A stretch of 64,000 bases of DNA from Candidatus Hebobacterum abditum (GTDB lineage: Bacteria > Armatimonadota > Hebobacteria > Hebobacterales > Hebobacteraceae), in the NCBI GenBank assembly GCA_029821875.1, contig JALGXW010000008.1, forward strand, positions 108,713 through 172,712. The letters are read 5' to 3'. Under the pieces are notes generated by a model. It did not search any database and was not told the DNA's origin. It worked only from the letters and a program-made list of their open reading frames with translations. The position numbers were made by a program, and so were the translations under genes. Within the stretch, counting starts at the first letter, position 1; the number at the start of each line of letters is the position of its first letter. Below are positions 53,530-62,787 of the stretch, in pieces.

Positions 53530-55056
53530 ATGGTCGGGCCACGTGTACGAAGTGCGTTCGTAGTGTCCCTCGCCGGTATGCTTGCTGTGTGCGCGTTCGC
53601 CGGTTGGGCCGTTCCGGAGGTCACGCCCACGAATGATCCCAGCAACGTGCAGACATGGGACGAGCTGCTGCCGGAGCTGGCAGCCCATTGCAGGCGAGCG
53701 GCCGTCGTCATCGAGTCCCGCCGCGGGATACGCGGCGGCCAAGGGAGCGGGGTGATCGTCGATCCCTCGGGGAAGGTCCTCACCGCGCATCACGTCGTCG
53801 AGGGCGCGGAGTCGGTGCTCGTGAAGCTGTGGAACGGCGGCTACCTCCCGGCCGAAGGCTACCTCGGGCTGAACCCGGAGACGGACTGGGCGCTGCTGCG
53901 CGTCCGCGGCGTGGAGCTTCCCCATGTCCCCATCGGGGACTACACCGAGATGAGGCCCGGCGACAAGGTGCTCGTCATCTCCGCGCCCGCCGGCCTGGAA
54001 TACACCGTGTCGGAGGGGATCATGAGCGCGGTCCGGCGCCTGGGCGATATCGAGATCCGCTTCCGGAGGGATCTGCTCAAGTTGGGGTTCTCGGAGGAGT
54101 GTCGGCTGATTCAGTTCTCGGCCCCGATCGCCCCGGGCAGCAGCGGCGGGCCGGTGTTCAACTCGAAGGGGGAGGTGGTCGGGCTGGTCGTGCTGCGGCA
54201 TCGGGCGGACAACGTCTACTTCGCGACCCCGGCCAACCAGGCCCTGCCGCATATGGCGACCGAGAAGGTCATCGCGTTCGACGCCATGGACCTCAGCGCT
54301 ATCGGCGGCCAGAAGATAGATACGGGCCGGAATCCCTCCTCCGTAGGCCGGGTCGAACCCGTGAGGGCTGAGGCCCACGCGAGCGTACCCGCGAAGCAGG
54401 TGTCGGTGGTTCGGCTCGACCACGGACGCTTCGTTGTGCCCGACTCGGTGAAGGTCTACGACAGGGATACCGGAGAGGAGCTTCGCGGCGTCGATCGGGC
54501 GCCCGCGGTGGGGCAGTTCCGGTCGGTGAGCGGCGGCCGCGTCTACTTCAACGAGGCGGATCGGGGGAGGCGGCTGCGGGTGGTCTACGACTACCGCGTC
54601 GAACGAGTGGCCGTGCTCCCACCGGTGAACGTCGGTGATATCCGTGAGTTCACGGAGATGCTCGCCGAGAAGCTCCATACCGAGTTCACCAGCCGCGGCT
54701 ATGAGCTGGTGCCGGATGCGGAGGTCGAGGCCGCCATCTACGCTCTCGATGTGCGCCTGCTCCCGGACAGGAACGCGCTCGATGAGTCGCTTCGCCCGGA
54801 AATGGTGCGCCGGCTGGCGGCCGAGATCGACGCCAGGTACATCCTGTTCACCGTCGTCACGAATGCGGAGAGCTACGGCGCAGACGTCTACTTCTGCGCG
54901 CTGGACGGCCACACCGGCGAGGCCGCGTTTACTGTACGACGGGCAGAGGGGCTGCACGAGGCCAGGAAGCTCTTCAGCAGCCGCGGGAAGCAGAGACGGA
55001 ACAACCTGCACCGGGTCGTGGAGAGAATCGTGGCCGACTTCCTCGACGCCGACTAA
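53530..55056 (+). CDS. Trypsin-like (S1C/DegP-type) serine protease with a ~250-aa C-terminal extension
   Basis: Signal/TM, catalytic His (VLTAHHVV), Asp (DWALLRV) and Ser (GSSGGPVF). RBS GGGGGGAAG. Confidence 0.7.
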   Translation: MVGPRVRSAFVVSLAGMLAVCAFAGWAVPEVTPTNDPSNVQTWDELLPELAAHCRRAAVVIESRRGIRGGQGSGVIVDPSGKVLTAHHVVEGAESVLVKLWNGGYLPAEGYLGLNPETDWALLRVRGVELPHVPIGDYTEMRPGDKVLVISAPAGLEYTVSEGIMSAVRRLGDIEIRFRRDLLKLGFSEECRLIQFSAPIAPGSSGGPVFNSKGEVVGLVVLRHRADNVYFATPANQALPHMATEKVIAFDAMDLSAIGGQKIDTGRNPSSVGRVEPVRAEAHASVPAKQVSVVRLDHGRFVVPDSVKVYDRDTGEELRGVDRAPAVGQFRSVSGGRVYFNEADRGRRLRVVYDYRVERVAVLPPVNVGDIREFTEMLAEKLHTEFTSRGYELVPDAEVEAAIYALDVRLLPDRNALDESLRPEMVRRLAAEIDARYILFTVVTNAESYGADVYFCALDGHTGEAAFTVRRAEGLHEARKLFSSRGKQRRNNLHRVVERIVADFLDAD

Positions 55057-55349
55057 CTGTTTCGCCGTGCACATCTGAGCGAGCATTCCCGCACCCCGCT
55101 GACCTGCGACCGGCAGGCAGACCGCCCACGCACACCGGATCGCCGCGCCGACGCGCCTCTCCGCCGTCTGATGCGCTCCACAGACTCCCATCTCAGCCCC
55201 GCCCCCCACCTATGGAATGAAACTCCATGGGGGTACTGAGTCAATCCGACCGCGGGGGGGCAGAGGCCCGGTTTCCGGCGCCGCGGTTCACCGGCTCAGA
55301 CCAGAGACTGCGCCGATGGCTCATGGCCATCGGGAGAGGAGGCGGACGT

Positions 55350-55793
55350 ATGTCGGCGCGCACACTCAGACGAAGCCATCGCGGCTTCACTCTCATCGAG
55401 ATGCTCATCGTGATCGTGGTCATCGCGATCCTCGCTCTGATCGTGATCCCACGGTTGCTGGGCGCCGGACGTAAGGCGAAGGAAGCCGCCCTTCGGGGCG
55501 ACCTGCATCAGCTCCGCAACGCCGTGCAGCAGTTCGAGGCCGACTGCGGCGACTATCCGTCGGCGAGCTCCCAGCTCATGACCCAGCCGGCCGCCGGAAC
55601 GACCGGTGGCCAGGGCATCGCGCTGGACGTCAACGGCTGGCAGGGCCCGTATCTGCGGACCTCGGACAACAACCTGCCGAAGGATCCGTTCACCGACAGT
55701 GCCACGACTTGGAGCTACACCGCCAGCACGGGTCACATCCAGAGCGGCTCCACTCTCACAGCGATCAACGGCGAAGCCTACAGCACCTGGTAG
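55350..55793 (+). CDS. Type II secretion pseudopilin GspG-like protein (prepilin-type N-terminal methylation domain)
   Basis: GFTLIEMLIVIVVIAILALIVIPRLLGAGRKAKEAALRGDLHQLRNAVQQFEADCGDYP. 147 aa. RBS GGGAGAGGAGG. Confidence 0.7.
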   Translation: MSARTLRRSHRGFTLIEMLIVIVVIAILALIVIPRLLGAGRKAKEAALRGDLHQLRNAVQQFEADCGDYPSASSQLMTQPAAGTTGGQGIALDVNGWQGPYLRTSDNNLPKDPFTDSATTWSYTASTGHIQSGSTLTAINGEAYSTW

Positions 55794-55861
55794 ACACCCA
55801 GCGGACACACAGCATCAGCGACAGCACACGATAAGGCGTGGAGACACGCAAGAGAAGTCAG

Positions 55862-55894
55862 CGACAGCGGGGGAGCCGGACCCCGCTGTCGCCG
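55862..55894 (+). terminator. Hairpin GCGACAGCGGGG-N9-CCCCGCTGTCGC after the GspG-like gene
   Basis: A 12-bp perfect stem, seen directly, 69 nt after the stop. Confidence 0.45.
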
Positions 55895-56045
55895 TCTCAC
55901 CCAGTGCGGCAGCTCTCATCCCAATCGTCACTCTGGTAGCGTTGTGCTGAAGTAGCTGAGTTCCGAAGCGCAGGAGCGCGCCCGTCCCCCTACCCCCCGG
56001 GTGAAGGCGGTGCGGCTCCTGCCTTTTTGGGCGCGGGACGGCTCG

Positions 56046-57500
56046 CTATCCCTCCTTCTCGTACCTCACCAGCACGACCGAGTATGGCGGGACTTCGAAC
56101 TCCGAGGCGCCGTCGGTGACGGCGGCCTGCCCCACCACTTCGTCGAGCACCTCGACGCTGAACTGCCGGATCTCGCCCACTCCATCACTTAGTAGGCCAG
56201 ACAGGTCGGCGCTGACGTCGTACGTCACCGTCTCGCTCCAGTTCAACACCAGCAGGTTGATCTTCCCGTCCGCCTCCTTGGTGGCGATGGCCATGAGGTC
56301 GTCGGCGTCGGTGGTGGCCTGGAAGGTCGGCTTCGCGTCCTTGAGGGCCCGGTTGGCCAGGCGGAGCGCATAGTAGGTGGCGTGGCGCGTGCCGTCGCCC
56401 TTCACGATCCCCCAGGCGGCGTTCCCCTCGTACACCCAATCGTAGAAGGAGAAGAGGTGGCTGCCGTACACGTAGTCATCTCCCGGCTGGCTGAACCGGA
56501 TCAGGTTCTCCACCACCGCCAGCGCCATGTAGGGCACGTCGTAGGAGACATCATAGGTGCCCCACTCCGACAGCCAGATGGGGTAGTCGGGATGGCCGCT
56601 CTTCGCGAGCTCGGCGTGCCTGTCCCGCACGAACTTCCCCTGGTCCCACCAGGCGTAGTTGTGGACGTTCAGACTGTTGAAGTAGTGGCCCACCTCCGCG
56701 AGGAGGCTCGGCACCCACCGCGGGCCTGCGGTGGCGGGCGCGTGCACGTGACAGGTGCGCCCCGGCAGGTAGGTCCGGTAGACACAGTCGAGGGCGTCCT
56801 TCGTCTTCTTCACCATCTCGAAGTACTGCTCTCGGGTGCCGGTCCAGCCCTGCTGGGGGATATTGTCCGGCTCGTTGAACACCTCGAAGTCGTCCACCCG
56901 GTAGTCGTTTCGAACGTTGAGCCAGTAGGCCATGGCGAAGACGTACTCCCACCACTCGTTCCAGTCGGCCTCGGTCTCGGGGACGGCCGCGATCCAGCCC
57001 GGCTTGAGGTGTGTGTCCCGGTTGCGCAGGGAGATCACCGGCCGAATCCCGGCCCCCTTCAGCTCCTCGAACACCCGCCGCCAGGTGAGCGCTGGCAGTC
57101 CTTCGGCGACCTCGATGTGGGGGGAGTAGGCCGAGTCCATCACCTCATCCCATCGCTCCCAGGGAATCACGTCGGGGTCGGCCTTGATCTGCGCGAGGGT
57201 GGGCGAGCCGTACTCGCCGCCGTCATCGGTGGGCTCGAAGCGGGACATGTCGCCATAGATGCGAAGGGTGTTGATCCCGCACTCCTTCATCTCGTCGATG
57301 TCGAAGCGAGCGCTGCCCTCGGTGCCGCCGATGTAGCGCGTGCTCACACCCCATTGCTCGGGGCTTACTTTGATCGTCGCCTCCGCCCTCGTCGGGGCCG
57401 GCGCCTCCTCCGCCGCGCGGCCCCCGGGAGCTGAGCACCCCAGCACTATCACCAGTACACCGCACGCGATCATCAACCCGAACACACGATGTCTTCCCAC
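56046..57500 (-). CDS. Glycoside hydrolase family 5-like lipoprotein
   Basis: Lipoprotein signal MGRHRVFGLMIACGVLVIVLGCS. FEVFNEPDN (acid/base) and IWLSEWG (nucleophile) in a TIM barrel; C-terminal beta-sandwich. Confidence 0.65.
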   Translation of the reverse strand: MGRHRVFGLMIACGVLVIVLGCSAPGGRAAEEAPAPTRAEATIKVSPEQWGVSTRYIGGTEGSARFDIDEMKECGINTLRIYGDMSRFEPTDDGGEYGSPTLAQIKADPDVIPWERWDEVMDSAYSPHIEVAEGLPALTWRRVFEELKGAGIRPVISLRNRDTHLKPGWIAAVPETEADWNEWWEYVFAMAYWLNVRNDYRVDDFEVFNEPDNIPQQGWTGTREQYFEMVKKTKDALDCVYRTYLPGRTCHVHAPATAGPRWVPSLLAEVGHYFNSLNVHNYAWWDQGKFVRDRHAELAKSGHPDYPIWLSEWGTYDVSYDVPYMALAVVENLIRFSQPGDDYVYGSHLFSFYDWVYEGNAAWGIVKGDGTRHATYYALRLANRALKDAKPTFQATTDADDLMAIATKEADGKINLLVLNWSETVTYDVSADLSGLLSDGVGEIRQFSVEVLDEVVGQAAVTDGASEFEVPPYSVVLVRYEKEG

Positions 57501-57621
57501 TCTACATGTCTCCTTCGGGTCTGATGGAGGGGCGGAGGCTCGGCCCCGTTACTTCGGTACCTTGGCGCCGAAGCGCTGTGCCGCCTCCCCTGCGGACTAT
57601 CGCACAGCAAGAGAGCCGGCG

Positions 57622-58377
57622 TCAAGCGGCCGCGGGCGGCTTGAGGCAGATGAAGGTCGTGGCCTCTTCCGGCGTCTTCCCGGGCAGTTCCGTCACCTTG
57701 AAGCCCACTTCTCTCAGGAGAGTCATCCAAGTCTCGGTTGGGAAGAGGCCGCAGACGTGGCGGTCGGTCTCGATCTCCAGCTTCCCGCCGCGCCGGATCA
57801 GGTAGACGAAGGTGCACTCGATGGTGGTGTCGCTCGGGTCGGGGTCGTAGTAGTTCTCGATGAAGACGATCTCGACATCGCCCTCCCGGCCCACCTGGTG
57901 TTGCGTGCGGTTCTGCGCGTACGTCTCCGGCCTGATCTCCTCATAGGTGAGGAAGACTCCGCCCGGCTTGACGTGGAGGAAGGCGGTCTCGAAGGCCGCC
58001 CGCAGGTCGTCCTCGGTGAGCATGTAGTCGATGGAATCGAAGATGACCACCGCGTCGAAGGTCTTCCCCAGCCGGAGCGTCCGCATGTCGCCGACGTGGT
58101 AGGTGACCTCCGGGTTGCGGCGCCTCGCCAGCGCGAGCATGTCCTCGCTGATATCGGCCCCGGTCAGCCGGAAGTGCTTCTTGAGGGTCCAGTCGTTGTG
58201 CCCGCCGCCGCAGCCCATGTTGAGGAGCGTCTTCGCCTCGATCTGGGACTGCTCCCGGATGAGCCGGGCGGACTCCTCGCTCTCCTCGACATAGGTCTCC
58301 GGCGCGCTGACGATCGGCCACGTCCACGCCAGATCGCCGTACAGCCGGCGTTGGTCTTTGTCGGATGATTCGGTCAT
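57622..58377 (-). CDS. Class I SAM-dependent methyltransferase
   Basis: LLNMGCGGGHNDWTL (motif I), DAVVIFDSIDYM, VKPGGVFL. Confidence 0.7.
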   Translation of the reverse strand: MTESSDKDQRRLYGDLAWTWPIVSAPETYVEESEESARLIREQSQIEAKTLLNMGCGGGHNDWTLKKHFRLTGADISEDMLALARRRNPEVTYHVGDMRTLRLGKTFDAVVIFDSIDYMLTEDDLRAAFETAFLHVKPGGVFLTYEEIRPETYAQNRTQHQVGREGDVEIVFIENYYDPDPSDTTIECTFVYLIRRGGKLEIETDRHVCGLFPTETWMTLLREVGFKVTELPGKTPEEATTFICLKPPAAA

Positions 58378-58435
58378 GCCACCGGCTCACTTCGTAAGGC
58401 CGGAGCGGGAAACCTGCCGAGGCCGTTCGCCGTTT

Positions 58436-58484
58436 CCCGTAGGGCAGGAGCTTCGTCTCCTGCCCCAGTCGTTTGCCCTACGGG
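58436..58484. repeat. Family A compound hairpin CCCGTAGGGCAGGAG-CTTCGT-CTCCTGCCCC...GCCCTACGGG
   Basis: Between two minus-strand genes, downstream of the stop at 58478. Confidence 0.5.
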
Positions 58485-59638
58485 CTAACTTCGATCTTCG
58501 CCCGGGCCCCCCGATACCAATGGAGCGCTGTCAGGCAGAACCAGGTGCCCACCAGGGCGGAGACGATCGGACGGAGCATGATGGCGGGCCGATCAAGCAG
58601 CGGTGTGTGTAGGCGGAAGCCGTACTTCACGGAAACCAGCACGTCGGTGACCTCAACCGGCAGTCGCAGTAGGAGGCGGGCCAGACTGAGCAGCAGCAGA
58701 AGGCAGACACCCCCGGCGGCGAAGCGGCCCACCGTAACGACACTGCGCCGGAGGGCCTGCCACAGGCCGGTGTCATCGCTGACGATGGCGCACCAGGTCA
58801 GCGCGAGGAAGAAGCTGACGATCGGCAGTGCGTATGCCTGCCAGAGCCACAGCGGCCCATGGAAGTGTTCTCCGGGGCGATGTCGCATGAAGGCCAATGG
58901 GGCCCACCCGTAGAGCACGGCCATGACGGCAAGGAATAGGAACAGGCGGAGCCAGTAGCGCCGGCCGTCCCGGCCGAACTCCGACCACGAGACGACATCG
59001 CGCTCGACCGCGCTTCTCGCCGCGCCGAAGAACCCGCCCAAGATGAAACTGCTCACTGCCAGCCCGAAGACGTGCAATCCGAAACGCAGCGGCCAGTTCG
59101 CTGGCACAGGGACGCGGTCGTCATCGTCCGGTGGCGCGGGCCGCTGCGCCCGTATCTCGATAGTGCTCGCTGTCCCCTGGTAGTCGAGCCAGCGGACCGG
59201 CACCGCGAACTCGTCCGTTGCCAGCGCGACCTGGGGGTGGAGGAGCCTGAAACGAAGTGACAATGGCAGCAGTCCGACTATGTGTCGAAGTGTGGGTTCG
59301 CTCGCGGTCGCGATCTTCCGCGTCTCGGGGTGAAGGCGCACCCATGCGGCGTACGATGCCATCTTCTCGCCGCCCCTGACGAGCGCGAGCAGGAGCGGCA
59401 CCAACAGCAGCGCGCGATGTCGGCGGAGCGCCCGCCACCCTCCAGCTGCATAGGAGAGGGCCTCCACGACCGATCGGCCCGCCGACCGAAGCAGACGGAC
59501 GAGGGCGGCCCGCGTCGCGTCCTCCCGCGGAGGTGGGGGGCTCGTCTGCAGCGCGAGGCGGCACTTCGCGCACGTCTCCATCCCCTCGCGGTATTCGGCT
59601 CCGCACACTGGACACCACGGCATCGATGCTGCCCCCAT
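58478..59638 (-). CDS. Membrane protein with an N-terminal zinc-ribbon (CPVC...CAKC)
   Basis: MGAASMPWCPVCGAEYREGMETCAKC, then about 8 TM helices. Start ATG 59638 (GGAAGG RBS); GTG 59671 also possible. The family C motif sits immediately upstream. Confidence 0.55.
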   Translation of the reverse strand: MGAASMPWCPVCGAEYREGMETCAKCRLALQTSPPPPREDATRAALVRLLRSAGRSVVEALSYAAGGWRALRRHRALLLVPLLLALVRGGEKMASYAAWVRLHPETRKIATASEPTLRHIVGLLPLSLRFRLLHPQVALATDEFAVPVRWLDYQGTASTIEIRAQRPAPPDDDDRVPVPANWPLRFGLHVFGLAVSSFILGGFFGAARSAVERDVVSWSEFGRDGRRYWLRLFLFLAVMAVLYGWAPLAFMRHRPGEHFHGPLWLWQAYALPIVSFFLALTWCAIVSDDTGLWQALRRSVVTVGRFAAGGVCLLLLLSLARLLLRLPVEVTDVLVSVKYGFRLHTPLLDRPAIMLRPIVSALVGTWFCLTALHWYRGARAKIEVSP

Positions 59639-59663
59639 CACCGCCTTCCGTGGACTCCCCCAT

Positions 59664-59692
59664 CCTCCCACGCCAAGCGACCGTCCGTCAAG
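59664..59692 (-). promoter_or_regulatory. Family C motif (minus-strand reading CTTGACGGACGGTCGCTTGGCGTGGGAGG) just upstream of the zinc-ribbon membrane protein gene
   Basis: 31/33 nt identical to the copies at 43480 and 60326. Confidence 0.45.
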
Positions 59693-59726
59693 TGTGAGTC
59701 TGTGTAAGAGAGCGGCGGGAGACGGG

Positions 59727-60191
59727 CTAGGGCTTCAACTCAAATCCCTTGAGCAAGACGACGCCGTAGAAGCAGGCTATCGCGACTAGGATGGGCGTCA
59801 GGCTGAGGGCGATGGTCAGCCCGGCCGTCAGTCTGCGTCGCTGCTTCTGTATTGAGAGTCCGCGCATGGCGAGTGAGATGCCCACCGGCGCGGCGGTCAA
59901 GGCCGCCAGGAAGTAGGTCGCAGTCAGCCCCATCGGTCGGATCGCCGCTCCGGAGGGGGCCGGCAGCAGCACTACAAGGGTGATCACGACCATGAAGAGA
60001 TTCGCTGCAAGCGCGAACAATAGGCCCTCCTCGCGGGCGTCGAGTCGCCGTCCGGTCCTGCGCTCGTAGGCCCTCCTCAGTAGGAGCATTAGGACCAAGT
60101 AGAGCGCGATAGGCGCGAGCACGAGGATGATGCCGCGGAGCAACAAGACGGCGGCGAGCACAACGGCTATGATGATAAGCGTCTGGCGCAT
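59727..60191 (-). CDS. Hypothetical membrane protein (154 aa, 4 TM)
   Basis: MRQTLIIIAVVLAAVLLLRGIILVLAPIALYLVLMLLL... RBS GGGACGGAG. Confidence 0.55.
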   Translation of the reverse strand: MRQTLIIIAVVLAAVLLLRGIILVLAPIALYLVLMLLLRRAYERRTGRRLDAREEGLLFALAANLFMVVITLVVLLPAPSGAAIRPMGLTATYFLAALTAAPVGISLAMRGLSIQKQRRRLTAGLTIALSLTPILVAIACFYGVVLLKGFELKP

Positions 60192-60240
60192 CGGAGCTCC
60201 GTCCCTCAGCCGCGTAGACGGCGACTGTCCTCCCTCCGAC

Positions 60241-60300
60241 TGACGTTTCGGGAGCAAGGCGCCGGAGGCGCCCAAGGCTCCCGAAAGACCGTCAGAATCG
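60241..60300. repeat. Hairpin CTGACGGTCTTTCGGGAGC...GCTCCCGAAACGTCAG enclosing GCCGGAGGCGCCCAAGGCTCCCG; the inner 23-bp motif recurs at 49700-49727
   Basis: Seen directly, between family C copy 60326 and the membrane-protein gene start. Confidence 0.4.
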
Positions 60301-60325
60301 CGTGCCTCGTCCGCTGCCTCTCATC

Positions 60326-60353
60326 CTCCCACGCCAAGCGACCGTCCGTCAAG
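60326..60353 (-). promoter_or_regulatory. Family C motif, third copy
   Basis: CCTCCCACGCCAAGCGACCGTCCGTCAAG on the plus strand, about 135 nt upstream of the 59727..60191 gene. Confidence 0.4.
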
Positions 60354-60380
60354 GGCGGGGCTTTGTAAGGGGAGCAAAAC

Positions 60381-60557
60381 AGCGGGATTCTTCGCTGCGC
60401 TCAGAATGACAGCAGGAGGGCGGCGGGCGAACGGCGAGATTCTTCGTCCGCCTGCGCCCTCCTCAGAATGACAGCAGGATGGGCGGCGGGCCAACGGCGG
60501 GATCCCCGTTCGGCTTCGCTCAGGGCCGGCCTTCGCTGCGCTCAGGATGACATTGGG
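60381..60557 (+). repeat. Tandem array of family B units (~2.5 copies of ~63 bp: ...ATTCTTCGCTGCGCTCAGAATGACAGCAGGAGGGCGGCGGGCGAACGGCG...)
   Basis: Seen directly: CAGAATGACAGCAGGA(G/T)GGGCGGCGGGC(G/C)AACGGCG(A/G)GAT occurs twice in tandem, followed by a diverged third unit (CGCTCAGGATGACATTGG). Confidence 0.6.
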
Positions 60558-60736
60558 GCATCACACGTCACCGAAGGAGCGGGGAGAGGCGGCCGTGAGC
60601 GGTGTGTGATGGGAGGTGCGCGTTCAACTCCCAGTCGCAAATGCGGTAACTCTGTGCAACACGACCTCGGAGGTCGGTTGCCCCAGGGCGAGGGGCCGGT
60701 GGTGGCGCTTTCGCCGAGGCGGGTGGGAGGCGGTGG

Positions 60737-61048
60737 ATGGATTTCAACCTCTGGGTGTTGCTCCGCGGGCTTGCGGTCGGAGCTCTGTTCGGCGCGCTTC
60801 CCGTGATCGTCGGGGCGACGAGGAATCAGCGCCGCCTCGGGCGCTGGGGCTTCCTCGCGTGCGTGGCGGGATCCCTCGTGTTGGGCCTGTTCCTCGCGAT
60901 ACCAACGGCGATCGTTTCTGTATGGCTCATCCTCAGGGCCGACCGCAGGGCGGCGGCTGCGCGGCAGTCGGCGGCACAGAACCGCCGGCGCTATGCGGAC
61001 GTGCAGACCTATCCACTTCCCCTGGCGCGGGGGCGCCGCTCGGCCTGA
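60737..61048 (+). CDS. Small 2-TM membrane protein (103 aa), hypothetical
   Basis: RBS GGGAGGCGG. MDFNLWVLLRGLAVGALFGALPVIVG..., GFLACVAGSLVLGLFLAIPTAIVSVWLIL. Confidence 0.45.
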   Translation: MDFNLWVLLRGLAVGALFGALPVIVGATRNQRRLGRWGFLACVAGSLVLGLFLAIPTAIVSVWLILRADRRAAAARQSAAQNRRRYADVQTYPLPLARGRRSA

Positions 61049-61170
61049 CACACCGCGGCATCCGCCCGGCTTGACCCGCTCGACGTGCCTGCCACGGTGC
61101 TGTTCCTCCCTTCTCTGCTCCCAGGTTGCAGCCGTGCCACCAGCGAATTCGCCCAGCGGAGGACACAGGC

Positions 61171-61944
61171 ATGATCTTCGATTGTCATGTGCACCTGCCA
61201 TCGGCCGGGCTGGAGCGAACATGGGAGTGGCAGCCGTTCACTCCAGACGTCGCGGCGGCGGTCGGGTATCTGCGGCGGTGCGGGGTCGACCGCGCGGTCG
61301 CCAACTCGATGCGGGGCGAGCTTGCGAAGAGCCCCGCCGAGATGGTCGCCGGCAATGACGAGTCGGCCGCGGCCGCCCGCGAGCATCCCGATGTGCTCGT
61401 CCCCGCCTGCTTAGTCAATACGGACTTCGGCGAGGAGGCCGCGGCCGAGGTGCGGCGCTGCCGCGATGCCCTCGGCATGGTCTGGATCGGGGAGCTGTGC
61501 GGCTACGCGGCCGGCTACACCTATGACACCGACGGCTTCGCGAAGGTGATGGCGCTGGCGAGCGATCTCGATATGATCGTGCAAGTGCATGTCGACGAGG
61601 TCGCAGAAGTAGACCGCATCTGCTCGGAGTTCCCGCGGGTCGCCTTCGTGCTGCCGCACATCGGCGACTCGACCACCGAGGTGGTCGAGCGCTGCGAGCT
61701 GGCGGCGAAGTACACCAACCTCCACCTCGATCTCAGCGGCCACGGCGTGCAGAGGATGGGCGTGCTCGACCTCGCGGTTCGGTGCGCCGGGCCGGAGCGG
61801 GTGCTCTTCGGCAGCGATTACACGATCAACGACCCGGCCGCGGTCATCGCCACCATCCAGGCCTCCCACCTTCCCGACGACGCCAAGGCCAACATCCTCG
61901 GCGGCAACACGGCCCGACTGCTTGCAGAGCGGGGCGTCGACTGA
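61171..61944 (+). CDS. Amidohydrolase-2 (metal-dependent TIM-barrel hydrolase) family protein
   Basis: MIFDCHVHLPS (HxH metal ligands), HVDEV, PHIG, FGSDY. 257 aa. RBS GGAGGA. Confidence 0.65.
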   Translation: MIFDCHVHLPSAGLERTWEWQPFTPDVAAAVGYLRRCGVDRAVANSMRGELAKSPAEMVAGNDESAAAAREHPDVLVPACLVNTDFGEEAAAEVRRCRDALGMVWIGELCGYAAGYTYDTDGFAKVMALASDLDMIVQVHVDEVAEVDRICSEFPRVAFVLPHIGDSTTEVVERCELAAKYTNLHLDLSGHGVQRMGVLDLAVRCAGPERVLFGSDYTINDPAAVIATIQASHLPDDAKANILGGNTARLLAERGVD

Positions 61945-61957
61945 ACCGGCAGGCATT

Positions 61958-61985
61958 GGGGCAGGAGGCACGCTCCTGCCCTACG
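61958..61985. repeat. Family A hairpin GGGGCAGGAGGCACGCTCCTGCCCTACG after the amidohydrolase stop
   Basis: Identical to 45153-45180. Confidence 0.6.
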
Positions 61986-62067
61986 AGAACTGACGATGTC
62001 GGCGAGCGAGTGCGAGGGCGGAGGGGTGCGCCCGAGAGTGCACTCTCGGACGGCAGTCGTCGGGCCG

Positions 62068-62772
62068 TCACACCAGCTTGATTATCACCCGGAGCAGGAG
62101 CCGGAGGAAGGCTTCGAAGGCGTTGCCCTGTTCTGTCAGCGGCCGGATGAAGACATCGGTCTGGCGGAAGAAGGGGCGGAAGATCCACACCATCTGCAGG
62201 GCGACAGCGCCGTAGATCACCAGCCAGATGCGCATGATCCCCAGGCAGCGCGCCCGCACCGCCTCATCGATGTGAGCCGCGGACGCGGCCTGGAAGGCGA
62301 AGCGCACTCCGCCCGCGCCGACAAGGCAGCCCACCAGCAGGTTGATGAACACCACGAAGTGATAGTCCCGCACCGAGGTCAGCATGAGGAAGCCGAGCGG
62401 CGGGGCGAGGGAGGCGAGCAGCATGGTTGAGGCGACGATGGCGGTGAGTACGACGGCCGCCGTCTGCAGCAGCGAGAGCCGGGCGCCGGCCAGCGAGTTG
62501 AGCATGTAGAGTGCAAGCACACACAGGGCGAGAGTGGCGAGGAAGAGCAGGGGGAACTTCACGACATTGTAGAGGATTTGCCAGCCGCCCGCGTAGAGCC
62601 CGACCGTGAAGCCGTAGAGGGCGGAGAGGAGGGCCGCCACGATGGTCATCCGCAGCACCAGCGAGGGCAGGTCGCGGCCCGAGCGGATGCGCTCGAAGAG
62701 CGCCTCTCGCTCGACTAAGTAAGTCTTCGCCAGCGACCAGGTGGGGACCGAGCCCATTGCCGCTTGCCTCAA
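62068..62772 (-). CDS. Polytopic membrane protein (Yip1-like topology), paralog of the next gene
   Basis: Shares GGWQIL(Y/F)...KFP/KLP..., DLLQT, RP(F/Y)F..TDVFIRP blocks with 62788..63672. 5 TM. Confidence 0.55.
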   Translation of the reverse strand: MRQAAMGSVPTWSLAKTYLVEREALFERIRSGRDLPSLVLRMTIVAALLSALYGFTVGLYAGGWQILYNVVKFPLLFLATLALCVLALYMLNSLAGARLSLLQTAAVVLTAIVASTMLLASLAPPLGFLMLTSVRDYHFVVFINLLVGCLVGAGGVRFAFQAASAAHIDEAVRARCLGIMRIWLVIYGAVALQMVWIFRPFFRQTDVFIRPLTEQGNAFEAFLRLLLRVIIKLV

Positions 62773-62787
62773 AGCCGCCGGCCGGGG

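Noticed and set aside
60381-60557. Possible CRISPR array
   Set aside because: Only ~2.5 units. The material between the repeated cores is itself repeated (so there are no unique spacers). There is no leader and no cas genes in the window. This is better explained as a tandem copy of the family B element.
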